From assembly GCA_965649825.1 (NCBI GenBank), contig OZ287700.1, positions 1,426,001-1,490,000 of the forward strand: a DNA stretch of 64,000 nucleotides, given 5' to 3'. This document shows, one piece after another, positions 48,047 to 60,062 of the stretch. The stretch comes from Penicillus capitatus (Eukaryota > Plantae > Chlorophyta). Both the position numbers and the translations under genes were made by a program. How positions within the stretch are numbered: position 1 is the stretch's first letter; each line of letters begins with the position of its first letter. A model generated the notes under the pieces. That model was not told where the DNA came from. It was given only the letters and a program-made list of their open reading frames with translations, and did not search any database.

Positions 48047-48576
48047 TGCGCTTCGCGTGGTGGCAGCGATCGCGGTACGGCGATTGACGCGCATGCACAG
48101 CTAAACGCTCTGATTGCACAATTGACAATCGCGATCAATTAAACGTCGGTTGTCGGCCACAACAAACGACAGTCGCATGCCTCTTGTCAAGAAGAGCAGA
48201 CACATGGATCGCGAAAAATAGCCGGCACAAAACCTCCGTCTTCGAGGACGTGGTCGTCATCGCTGGAGAAAGAATCCTCTTGAGAATTCCGAGCAGTATG
48301 AATGCGTGTTACGACTTGTACCTCGCATGTCGTCACAAGGCCGGCGTCAGTTCGCGTACAATCAATAGGATAGGCAAATGTCACGCCGAAGCAAAAGGCC
48401 GCAATCACGGTCAAAGGGCTTTGCTGAGCGTGCTTCGTTCCAAAAGGCGAGGAAGAAGAAAGAGCCGGCGTTGACGAAACGTGGCCCTCGCTAGACGACC
48501 CGTTGACCTGTCTTCCAGCCTCGTAGGACTCTTTTCGCCTTTCGGCACTGTCCGGTCGTCGTGTTGCGGATCGAGT

Positions 48577-49935
48577 ATGGTCGACAGCGTCAACAAACCG
48601 CAGATACTCGAACACCTTTCGAAATCGCTGAACGTCACCATCTACGACTGCAAGTAATCTGAAGACTGACCGCGACAGCAAATGCATCGGCACTCTGCAG
48701 ATGGATCCCTTGCAGCGCGCGTTTCGTCGTTCTGGGCTCATATCCGAAAGGAACAGGATCCATCCAGGTCACTAACCGCAAACGCCCTTGTCAAAACTGG
48801 AAGTCTAGGTCTTCGAACTTGACGGCGCCGACGTGAAGCGACTTGCAGAATACCAGAAACCGGTCGCTCTAAGGTGCGGCACGTTTGGGGCCTCTTCGCT
48901 CGCGAACCGGTGGATGGCCACGGGCGACTTCGATGGCACACTCAGCTTGTGGGATCTCGACGCCGCCAAGGACGCCGTCTCAAACGTGCGCGCGCATTCC
49001 AGCTCCATCAACGCCATAGACGGGTGTGGCGGCAAATGCGACGGACACGGACCTCCCGAAGTCGCAACGTGCGGTCGCGATGGCTGTGTGCATGTCTTCG
49101 ACGTGCGTCAATTGCATTCCCCAGTCGCCTCCTTCGAGCCGATCGCCGGATCCGCCAAAAGGCACTTCCAGCGCGCACAAACAGCTTCTCTCGAACACTG
49201 TCTTGGAGGGAGTGCTGGACAGTGGCATTTGGAAACTCTTTCAACGACGAAGAACGTTGTCTGCTAGCAGGCTACGACAACGGAGACGTTAAACTATTCG
49301 ACCTGAGAATGAATCAGGCATGCCTCGGACGTCCACAGGACAAAGAGCTTGTGTTTTCACAGGTGCGCTGGGAGACGCACGTGCCAAATGCCGTTTGCGG
49401 CGTGCAGTTCGATCGACCGGACATTCGGATGAACAAATTCGCCGTTGCTTGTCTCGAATCTCAGTTGCATGTCTTCGATGCCAGAACACGGCACCCGCAG
49501 GAGGTCACAGATGCATCCCTCGTCGCTTTGGCAACTTCTCTTTCAGGGATTGGCCCGGTTAACAGTGACTACGGATTTCAAGAGCACGTGCTGGTCCGCT
49601 CAACATCTACCCCAAAACCGCGAGATCTGGATGGTCACACACGGAGACGGCACCGTGGCTCTGTACAAATACCGGTACCCGCCGAAACGGACGCGAAAGG
49701 TAAGAGATCTCGATGGGACGTCTCATTGATCGATTAAGTGCGGCTTTGACTCGAGGCGGAAGACGGAAAGCTCAAGGGTGTGGTCGGTACCGCAGAGAAC
49801 CTGAGTCACTGCAACCTCTCCTCTCAACCGATCAGCTGCTTCGACTGGAGTCCTGACCGAGAAGGACTCTTCGTTTGCGGTGCCCTCGATCAGCGTGTGC
49901 GAATTGGCATCGTGACCAAGCTGCACAAAATTTGA
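48577..49935 (+). CDS. WDR92: WD-repeat protein 92 (DNAAF10), dynein assembly factor; multi-exon
   Basis: KPQILEHLSKSLNVTIYDCK|WIPCSARFVVLG, CGTFGASSL, GYDNGDVKLFDLR, QPISCFDWSPDREGL and RVRIGIVTKL. Confidence 0.93.
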
Positions 49936-50325
49936 GCTCGAATGACGCGTCACTCGCGGCGTTTCAATCTCTCTCTCTTCTTGATCGTCTCTCTTTTGCA
50001 AGTGTTTCAGAATCCTCGTCCTTCAGCCTGGATCTGGACTCGTACGTTGAACGTGTTGAGCATCTGCGAATTCAGTCGAACTCAGAGCGGCGCATTTCTC
50101 GCCGACTGTTTGCTTTGCACGACTTCGAGATCCACGAAGGAGTGTAAACGCCATGAACTGAGTTGGTTTGACATCGCCATCGGCTCTGCTTTCTGGAGTC
50201 TTCAGCGGCCTTCGTTCCGATCGCGTCTCCGCGAAAGATGTCTATACGTGTCTACGGTGTCCGTATCGTGTGCAACGGGTGCGACGCAGACTGCCGTATC
50301 TGACGATTGCTCTGGACGGTTCTCC

Positions 50326-53282
50326 ATGCAGGTCTTCAACAAGTTAGCAAAAGGTCCGGCGTCTGCAGGCGTCGATAGAGAACAACAGCATCTGTGTTCT
50401 GCCAGGTGCTGCAACTTTGGGAGCTGGAGAAAATGCCTCCGTTCTCGAGCAGCTGATGCACCGGGTGAAAGAGACGTCTTCTCTCGAGGAGAAGCGGATG
50501 GCGCTGAACGACATCAAAGAACTTCTGCAGAGCCATTCAGAAGTCTCATTGTGTCCATTCCTGCTCGTTCTCGATCGAATCCTGTCCATCAGGTCAAGGC
50601 AGATTTCGGATCTCTGGGCGGCATCTCTCTAGTGGTCGAGATTTTGGCCGAAAGAGAAGACCTCGAGCTCATTCAGATGACACTTGAGCTGCTGGCGATC
50701 GCACTCGCGGAAGAAGACACGAAGGCAATCACTGTCACTCACTGCACGGCAGGCACAACAAGGAGTCTGTGTGTGAAGACAGACAACTGCGACGCCTTCT
50801 GCAAACTGCGAATTGTTCGTTCAGTCGCTCGACCATCTGACCATTGTGCTTTCCCTGTTGGATCCGGAACCAACCGGCGTGCACGATTTCTATGTCTACT
50901 ACCACGCCGTCCAGATCCTGAACTGCTGCTTGAAAACCGGCCTCTATAAGCTCCAAGTGAAGCCCGCCAATTCGCGGGATGCTTCTTGGGACAGACACGG
51001 TCCAGGAAGTGGTGCACAGACGAGAGGACGGATTGAAGGGTCTACTAAGTTTGCTATCTGAACGCGAGGCGATAAGAAACGAAGTTCTGCTGATTCTGAT
51101 TCAACTGACCGCCAATCATCCTTCTCTGCAAGGATCTGCCGCCAGAGGCGGAATCTTTGCGAAGCTCTTTGACATCGTGAAGGGAGAAGGCGGCCCAGAG
51201 GGCAGCATCGTTGTTCGGGATTGTCTGGAGCTGATGGCGCAAGTTCTCCGAGACAACGAAACGACGCACCAGATTTTCAGGTTCGTCTGTCGACAAGCCT
51301 CCCACGAGACGACTTCCCACAGGGAAGAAGGCATGGTGGAGCCCCTGTTGAGATTCCTGGAACTTGTGAATGTCAGCTCTTCGGGCGTCGAATCGCTGAA
51401 GAGCGCGAACCAGAACGTGACCCAGCAACGCATCGATCATCTCAGAATGGCACTGAAGCTCGCCGAGATACTGGTTTCTGCCTGTTCTCTACCGGCGTCC
51501 CCTCATTCCGCCTCAGGTTCATGAGAATGAGACCGACATGCAGGAGGCTCACATAGCAAACTGCCAATGGATGAATCAATCCGACTGTCTTCCTGTTCTC
51601 TCGCAACTGTGCCTCAACCAAGGAGGCGAGTCGAAGTGTGTCTCTCTGCTTCAGTGGCTGTGGGATGTCGTAGGCGTGAGAGATGTGGAAGTGCGCGTCA
51701 TGTCCTTGCGATGCATGAGCCGTGTTGTTCGATTCGTCCCCGATGCCAAGAAGCTCCTTGTCAAACTCAGAGTTTTCCTCGACGGTCAACCCGTCGAAGC
51801 ACTCTTGGTCAGCGAGAGATTCCATTCCGTCTGCGTGCGTCTTCGCGAGCAGCTGTGTTGGATAGGCGCTGCTAAGGATGGCCCTCGTTGCTCATGAGCG
51901 GCAAGAGTCTCTAGCAGCGTACGGCGTGCTCCAAAGCTTCTACGATTCCAACCGAGAGGCGCAGGAGCGTACCTTCTCTTCTCAGATCTCCTTCGAGGGA
52001 CGCCAACCCACGGATCATGCTTTTCTGACTGAGCTGCTGAATGCACTGGACACATGCCGCGAAGGATCAGAATCGGGCAGACGTGCCGCACAAGTGATGA
52101 ACGGTTCTATTGGCGGCCAAGTGCACGGTGTCGTCTGCCTTTCAGATCCTATCCTGCATCCTTCGCGACAACCACGTCCTGCAAACGGCTTGCGTCACCC
52201 AGCAGGTGACTCTGCCCCATGGACAAAAATCGGGTCGAGTGCTTTTCTGGTACAAATGGCTGTTCGGGGATAGACGCTGAGTGACAGATTTGGTTAGGCT
52301 GATGGATCTGCTCTCGGAGAGTGTCCGCTTTAATTCCAATCCTGGAATCTGCGATGCTTTGAGCCTGTGCGTCATGAATACGCTGGAGGGATGTCCTGCT
52401 GCCGTAGAAGCACTTCTGCAGATCGAATCCTGCGTGTCCCTCTTGGTCACACATCTTCAGAAGACGGTAGAGGATACCATCGACACACCGAGCTGGAGAC
52501 TCTCGGGGATCCATTTCGTTTCGCTCATATTTGTCGCATGTCTCACGACTGTCATTGAGTGTCCCAGTTATGCAAGTGAAGCAAGCATAGCGTTGGGTGA
52601 TAAGTGCTGCAGTGCGTTTCTTTGTTAGATTCTCAGGCGATGCGTGAGTATCTGAAGAACGTGGTGATGGGATCCGTGGGCGTGGACAATTTCATCCTTT
52701 TCTTGAAGGCAGCCCATGACAAGACCAAAGGTCCAGCACACGTGGATCTGCATCGGAAGCTCGCCCACATGTCGGCCGTTCTGCACTCTTACCTGCAACC
52801 CAGCCAAAGCCGTACAGCCGGGGAGGCACTTCAGCCAGCAGCGCCCGTTGTCCAGCAGGGAATAGCCGGTTCGGAAAAACAGGCAGGAGCAGAGGAAGAC
52901 ACGACGGTGCAGAAACTGCAGATCGAGTTGAATGCTACGAAGACAAGGCTTCAGCAAGTGACGGAAGAGCTTTCATCCTTTAAGCAGCAACGGCCACAGG
53001 AAGGCCCACTCCAAGAAGGACTCACCCAACAGGAAGCCCTCATTCAACAACTCCGTCTCCAGGCACGAGAAAAGAATAATCGTCTTCTCCTCAGTCCATT
53101 CTTTACAGATTTCGGATCTCAAGGGACAATTGGAGGCGTCAGTGGATAGCGAGACAAAGAACGAGATGTTGGTTTGTTTGGGCATTGAACATACCAAAGT
53201 TCAAGTCCTTTCTGCTAAACTCTTTGAACTTGGCTACGATCCTGATGCACTTCTCGCAGCAGAAATGCAGAAACAGTTGTGA
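50326..53282 (+). CDS. USO1: USO1/p115 (golgin candidate 6) vesicle tethering factor; multi-exon
   Basis: Head domain DFYVYYHAVQIL, REAIRNEVLLILIQLT, IFAKLFDIVKGEGGPEGSIVVRDCL; coiled coil; C-terminal MLVCLGIEHTKVQVLSAKL. Confidence 0.85.
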
Positions 53283-53457
53283 TTCACAGTTCCCCAGACG
53301 GCGACTGTCTTTCCATCTTAAAGTCCCATTCGATGGATATCGCGCGCGTGTCCATCGATAGCCATCGGAACGCTCATCATTTTTTTACTCGACCCAATTC
53401 TGGAGCAACGCCTTTGCCAAAGCATCCACATTCCGCCTTGATGCCACCATTATAGCC

Positions 53458-54202
53458 ATGTTCGCGATCAGCACACCATGTAGACGTCCTGTGGCGCGAG
53501 GCCACTGGCGTCGCCCTTCGAGACGTGTCGTCCGCCTGCGGGCCGAGAACCTGAAAGATGTTCTGCAGAGAGGTGCGGCGTGAGAATTGTCTGCGTTGCT
53601 CGGTTGAGATGTGGGTGGATGAAGGAGACTTCGACCCCGATCCTGCTTACGTGGAGGGCGGAGACTTTCTCAGAAGCATCGGGATGCGAAACCAGGCAGA
53701 GATCAGTCGGATACTGGACGTGGCGATGAATCCAGATTCCCTCTTTCTCCCTCCAGTCCAACGCCGCCGATCGACGGCCAGCGTTCGATCATCCCCGCTC
53801 TATCTGCGATGCGTCATCTCTGTCCTCCAGGCGCGGAGACTGAGCGTCGAGGACGACATGAAGCCGGTCGTGGATTACCTCCGTGGCCTGGGCATCGAAG
53901 ACGATCAAATCATCAAGGCATGACATGGGATGGATTGACATGCGTGGTACGGTTCGTGTCTGTGGTTTTAGATGATCGAGCAGGTTCCCTATTTGCTGGG
54001 GTACAGTCCTGAGGAGCGCATTCGCCCCGTTTTGGACTACCTCAGCTCCGTCGGTATTGAAGACCCTGCCCAGATCATCGCCAAACGACCGTCTCTCTTG
54101 GGATTGGACGTCGATCGGAATCTCAGGAAGATGGTGGATTACCTGAAATCCAATGATTACGAAATGGATCAGATCGTGAAATGGTTAGAGACATCTCTTT
54201 AA
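53458..54202 (+). CDS. Small organellar mTERF-repeat protein; multi-exon
   Basis: R-rich transit peptide from ATG 53458; mTERF-like repeats MKPVVDYLRGLGI, PYLLGYSPEERIRPVLDYLSSVGI and PSLLGLDVDRNLRKMVDYL. Confidence 0.8.
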
Positions 54203-54345
54203 AAACACCAATTCCACTTTTTATCGACAGACTGTCAGCGCATCAGCGATCGGCGAATGGCACGTCACATCACGCGGTGCTTCATCAACTGGCCCTCGGA
54301 TTTGACGACCGCTCAGAACTCCCGTTCGGTTTCGCGTTTCGTCCA

Positions 54346-57300
54346 ATGGGTACGACGTCGTTTCGGCGAAGTGCCCATCGCAATTGTGTTCTCCGTAGAC
54401 GCTCGTTTTGACAGATGGATGTGCGACCGATACCGCACGACGCTTCAGCAGGTGGATCCTGTCGGATACCCTCCAACGGATCACCTGTACGTCAATCTGG
54501 ACGACGTTCTTGCCAGGTCCGTCTCCGCGGCAAGCGCCCTCGATACATTCCCGTCCCGCAGCTACGTCAATTGGACGGAGGCGGCGTTGAAGCAGTCGGA
54601 AGACGCATTGCTCCTCTCCGTTTCGAAGCACATCGAGTTTCTCGTCGAAACGATCAGGCCGCAGTCGCAGCTATTTATCGCTGTCAGCGGTATGTCCATC
54701 AACGGCACCGACTGTCCCATCACCGCAAGATCTTGCGCGATGTGACGAGCAGGCGTGTTGCCTGTTGCTTTCCTGAATACCCAGCGAAGGCAGTGCATCT
54801 ACAACAAGGGAAAGGCAAGGTCTTGCGATTGCGATGACGGCAGCCTGAGAGTGTGCGGTGTCAGATCATGGACGATGCGTTTCGCCAGTCGGTGCACGCG
54901 GAGAGCACGGAGGATCTGTTCAACATGAATGCTTTGATGCCGGGGACGCCGTTCATGGAGAGACTGGACGCCCACCTGCTGTTCTTGATCCGACACAACA
55001 TGGCATACGTCTTCGAGTGGCAGGAACTGAAGGTCATCTACTCAGGTTCGTCTGTCGCGTGGGAGACGGCGACCGCAAAGAGTGAGACTGACTCAGGGTC
55101 TTCGATCGCGGGGGACGCTTCGTTCAAGATCTTCGAAGAGATGCGCTGCGCGCGCCAGGAAAAAGGAGCGACAGATGTGCTCACGCACGGGGTGTACACA
55201 ACGCAGCACGACGCTCCCTTGCACGCGTTGGCCACGAGGGAGCCGTACATCTACCTCGTCAAGGAGAAACGCTGTCTGCAGCCGTCGTACCTTCTCTGAT
55301 GCACCCTTTCGATTCTGTGCGGTAATCTCGTAGAGAGCGAGATGCGCAGACCACTCGGGACGAGCTCAAGGAGGAAGACTTCGTCATCCAGTACATGAAG
55401 TGCGCGTCTCCGAAGAGGCCGTTCACCGATCCGGCCATTGCTGTGCTACTAGTCTGTTCAGGGAGTGCTGGGAACAGGAGCTCCAGCATCTGAACGCAGA
55501 GGTGGATGCGGAACGCAGTCTGGACGATTTCCTGCTCTTCTGCACGTTCCTTGGAAACAGGGCCATTCCCCGTATCCCTCTCCGATCCACCGTCTCGCTC
55601 TCACCGCGATGGTGTCGCAGGCATTCCGACGCTGCATCTGCTGGAGGGGAGTCTGGATGAGCTGCTGGACTGTTACAAGGAGTTTCTGCGTCCCACGCTC
55701 TGCTCGCAGGGCTACAGCGGAACGGAATGCGGGCAGTCGGCCGTGCCCTATCTCACGAACGCAGACCGAGCGATCAATCTGATCAACTTCGAGGCATTCA
55801 TCCACCTCATCGGCGCAGAGAACAGGGAACTCGACCGTCTTCGGTTCCGGGAGAAGCTGCAGGTGTCCGGAAAAGCCCCCAGGAATCTCACTCTCATTCT
55901 CCCCGGCGCCGCCGGCTTGATCTACTACCACGACGGTCCGTACGAGTGGTGGAAGAACTGGTACTACACGATGAAGCTCAAGATCGAGGAGCAACACAAA
56001 GAGGCGATAAAGGAGGCGGCGTCCTACTTCTCGAGTGCCCTGATCTGGTACTACGAATACCTGACGAAGCAGACTGTGGATTGGGATTGCGCGTACCACG
56101 AGCTCTATGCACCCACGCTGTCTGACCTGGCATCCATCTCGGAGCACGAAGGTCGAGTCCTCTCTTGCTTCTCTTGTCGACGACGCGATCGCTGTCCAGT
56201 TAAACTGGAGAAGGAGCCGGCCATGAGCCGATTGGAGTATCTCCTGTGCGTCCTCCCCGGCGTGGACGCTTCTTTTCTGCCCGAAACGCACCAGTGCATA
56301 GTCACAGACGACGAGTCCTGCTATAGGAAGCTCTACAAGGACACCCTGTCGTCGATACTGTCTCTGTTGCATGTTCCCTGACGCGTGTGGCTTCCAGGTC
56401 GAAGCTGGACTTCTCCGTCGACATCGAGGGGGCGTGGAACGACCAGGAGAACAAGCTCCTGATCCGTCCTTTCAACTACTATCGGATCACGAAGACGATC
56501 GGCAGGTTCAAGGGCGTGCAGAAAGAGATCTGGCCGGATCAGACCCTACTCGACGACGGCTTCCAGCACATCTTCGTCCCGAATCACCGTCGCGCTCCGC
56601 AGCAGCCATTCTCGTGTGAAACGTGCGATTTCGTGCAGAGAGCAAAGCGAAGAGCTACTGCACGTCGACGATCAACAACTACCAGGATGTGAAGTGCTCC
56701 TGCGGATCGACAGTCCTGTGGTCACGGCCTGTTCGCGAAAGGACATCTCCCTGGCAGAAAGGTTCCGCACTGTCAAGCACCATGTCGTGAACTTCGACCA
56801 TCGATTGCATCAGGTCCTTCGCTGCCGTTCCCGCCCAGTTTCCCGACACTCGATACCGTCCTGCAAGTCAGATGGCAGTACCAACGGCGCGCGACTCAGT
56901 GTTCTGTGCAGTTGAAGTGCTGCATGATGCAAATGAAGTGTGACCGCTACGCTCGACAGAGTGAGCGCGAGAGTCTTGTCATCGAAGTGTCCGGAGACAG
57001 CTACAACTGGCCTGGGGGTGCCAAGAAGGTCGATTCTGCGACCAACCGACGGATGAGCAGTTCCCATGTTTCCTGCGACAGGTGTTTGACAGTCTCAAGG
57101 AGCAGGTGGTGTACATCGGCTACCCCTGCAAGACACGTGCCACCGTCATCGGAACCACCGATCCATGGGCGACGTACTACGTCCCTGGCAAGTCCCAGAG
57201 ATCTCTGTACGGCGGAAACCACACGCGGGAGCATCAGATTCTCTCCACACAGATGAAGCAGGACCTCTGGGTCGAAAGCGCGATCAACCCTGGTCGATGC

Positions 57301-58789
57301 GGCATCCTTCTGCACGTCATCGTTCAAGGAGACCTGAAGGAACGCGAGGTGCACTATCCTCTCCAGGTTCGTCTGGAACGCCTTCGCTCGTTCGATGGTC
57401 GTGGAGATTGCTGCGCAGCTGACGTTGATTTCGTCCGACGGGGGATTTCTCTCCGCCTACCAGTGCTACTTTCCGCCCGAACAGATCGACACGATCTCCG
57501 TCGCCCAGACCTACACACGTTTTCGCTTTGGTCCCTTGGCATTGCAGTAATGTCTGTGCGGGTGTAGGAAACGAGAGCGTGCAGAATGAGATCCAGCCGT
57601 CTGTTCTGGGTCCCGTGGTTTCGGAAATGATGCTCTCGCCTGCTGACTCGGAAACTGTCAATGCCGCCTCGGCCTTAGATTCGAGTTACTCGACGTATAT
57701 GGAGCATCAGATCTACGACGACGAACCGGGTCAGGAAGGAGATCTGGCAGCGACGCCTGCTGAACCAGTGCCCTTGGCACCGGCCGCTGCCTCCGAATTG
57801 CCGCCAAGCACGGCTGTTAACAATGAGGAACAGAAGCGGGACGAGCTTGCAGAAGACGAGGCCATACAGCGCGCATACGAAGAAGAGATCCGACTGGAGC
57901 TGAACAACTTCTCGGAGCGCACCGCCTTAGGTCTCCCTCGAAGAATGTCGGTCGAAAGAAACATCCCGTTTGTGTCTCTCTAGAGCCCTGGCAGCCGAGC
58001 GGTCTTTCAGATGCCTTCGTTCCGGCAGCAGCTGTCGTTCCGGCTCCCTTGGAGCCAGAGACCGAAGAAAAGGTAGAGGAGGAGGAGGAGAAGGCAGAAG
58101 ATGAAGTCGAAGAAGAGAAGACAGAAGAGCCAGAAGCGTCTCGAGCGGAGATCCCAGACGACACACAAGATTTCCTTCAGGCTGTGGACGTCGTCCGCGA
58201 GTTGGACATCTCTGAGGATGCATTCGTGAAGATCTTGGGCCATTGTTCGTTGAAGACCCTATCAGGTCAGCATCGGCTCTCCTTCCTGCAATCAACCATC
58301 TTCCGTCCAGGCGATTCAGTGGAGATCGGTCTGGGACTAGAGACTGGAGGGTTTCCGGTACTCTGGATCGCTCCGGAACTGAAGACGGTTCTGGAGAACT
58401 ATGCATCGGAGCATCCGTGGGTCTTCTGCATGTTGGATGATCCTTCACTTCCAGATGGCCGCTACGCCATTGATGGCGTCACAAACAACTCTAAGCTGGA
58501 AGCACGATACCTACGAGCTGTTCAACAGTTTCTCCAGAGCATCGATCCGACGCATCTTCGAACGGTAAATGGCTTGATCTCACTGTGGCTTTCAAGGTGT
58601 ACTGCCTCCCAGGTTGAACGATCTAACGAATTGGCGGATAACAAGCCGGAGCAGACAATTCAGGAAAGTGTGAAAGATCAGGCGCCCAGCGAGGCCCAGC
58701 CTGCGCAAATGAAGGTCATTCATTCCATTAGTTTCCTGTTCTGTTGTTCAAGGAAGGTGTGTCTGCAGTTTGCTCCTTTCGACGATTAG
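54346..58789 (+). CDS. XRN1: XRN1-like 5'-3' exoribonuclease homolog lacking catalytic residues (pseudonuclease); multi-exon; 3' end approximate
   Basis: A 4-nt first exon (ATGG, intron 54350..54398) gives MDARFDRW. Aligned blocks: NALMPGTPFMERL, YAPTLSDL, EYLLCVLP, VYIGYP and the XRN1 C-terminal EIGLGL...LENY...PWVF region. Confidence 0.85.
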
Positions 58790-60000
58790 GAATAACGAAT
58801 GTGGCGATATCATTATCGCTACGATTGCTGTTGTTATGCATCTTACCTTTTGCAGTGGATGTGCGTTCTTGTGTGGTTTGGTCTCGAATGTTGTGAAGGA
58901 ATGGATGAACGCTCGTTGATACAGTTGGATCGTCTTGTGTGGTTTCAACTGGACCGTTTGAAAAGAATTTGCGAATCTTTCGCTGAACAGTCAACCGACG
59001 TCATCCGGGTATCCGAGCGAAGCACTCATGCAGGTGCTGAAGTTGGGAGAGTTGAAGTTGGACGTTAAATACTCTGCCACGTCGTAATTCGTTCTCCTTT
59101 CGTGGCGCCGGGCGAACCCGAACCGGGAATCTTCGCAGATCGCGGCAAACTGATTCCGTGCCCCTTCCGGCGGGGTCTGGTAACGTCCGGAGGAGCTAAG
59201 ATCTGTGTTTCAAGACGGATCCCCTTTCGTCGCGGGAGGTCGCAACACGTGCCCCTGCAAAAGAACACAAACAGATGCTCAACTAACGAAATTGCACACA
59301 GCCAAGCATCTGCCTCCGAACTTTACAAGCTGCTCGTTTCTCTTGTCGAAGAGTTCGAGGTCCAGATTGGACACTCCACCGACGCTCGACCATTTCTTCA
59401 ACTTCTTCTCAGCTGCATCGCGTTAGATAAGCCTCCGGCGTCTGCTCAATCGCTTCCACTGTCACAAACCAGTCACAGCGTTTTAGGAGCCTGCTTGCTG
59501 CTATCTTCGAAGACATGTTAACGGCTGAAGACCAGTAGAACTCGATTCCCCAATTCGAGTCGAAGTGCCTGTGTCGATGGAATCCAAGCTGGTTTCCTAA
59601 TCGGAACGAAGCCTCCCAAAGAACCCACAATTGCTGTTTGCTTGCTCACTCTGAAAGAGTCTGCAGAGAATTGGACGCCGGATAAATCCGAGAAGATTGC
59701 TCCCATACGGACGACGCCTCGCTGCATTCGTAATCAGTCACTTGTTGAAGAACAGACGCGAAAAAAAGGATAGCCCAGAAACCTGACAAACATTTCAGTT
59801 TCATGCATCACCTCGTCAGGTTCGCGCCCTAACGCTGACTGTCCATGTCTGTTTTGTGAAACCATCGTGAAGCCGATGACGAGGACGTTCTCTTCGACGG
59901 GCGTCCTGATATTGAACTTCACGGTGATGTTGATTGCTTCCAGCTAAGCGCATTCGTTGTGCGCGTTCAAGGCGCGTATTTAAACGCACTACCAACAAGA
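58728..60000 (-). CDS. Possible multi-exon gene of unknown function
   Basis: Short coding-looking segments bounded by splice-like sites (e.g. DAAEKKLKKWSSVGGVSNLDLELFDKRNEQL|gtaaag; WEAINITVKFNIRTP). No model could be completed. Confidence 0.2.
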
Positions 60001-60062
60001 GAGAAGCGTCATCAACAACACTTTCTGTGTCGGTGCGCATGTTTCTATCGGCATCGTTTCCA

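Noticed and set aside
48187-48741. 184-aa minus-strand ORF with FAYPIDCTRT, resembling a mitochondrial carrier signature
   Set aside because: Single motif, no threefold repeat or TM pattern, and it overlaps the WDR92 start.
59095-59235. GC-rich stretch that might be a structured ncRNA
   Set aside because: No snRNA, SRP, tRNA or snoRNA hallmark recognised; equally explained as coding sequence.
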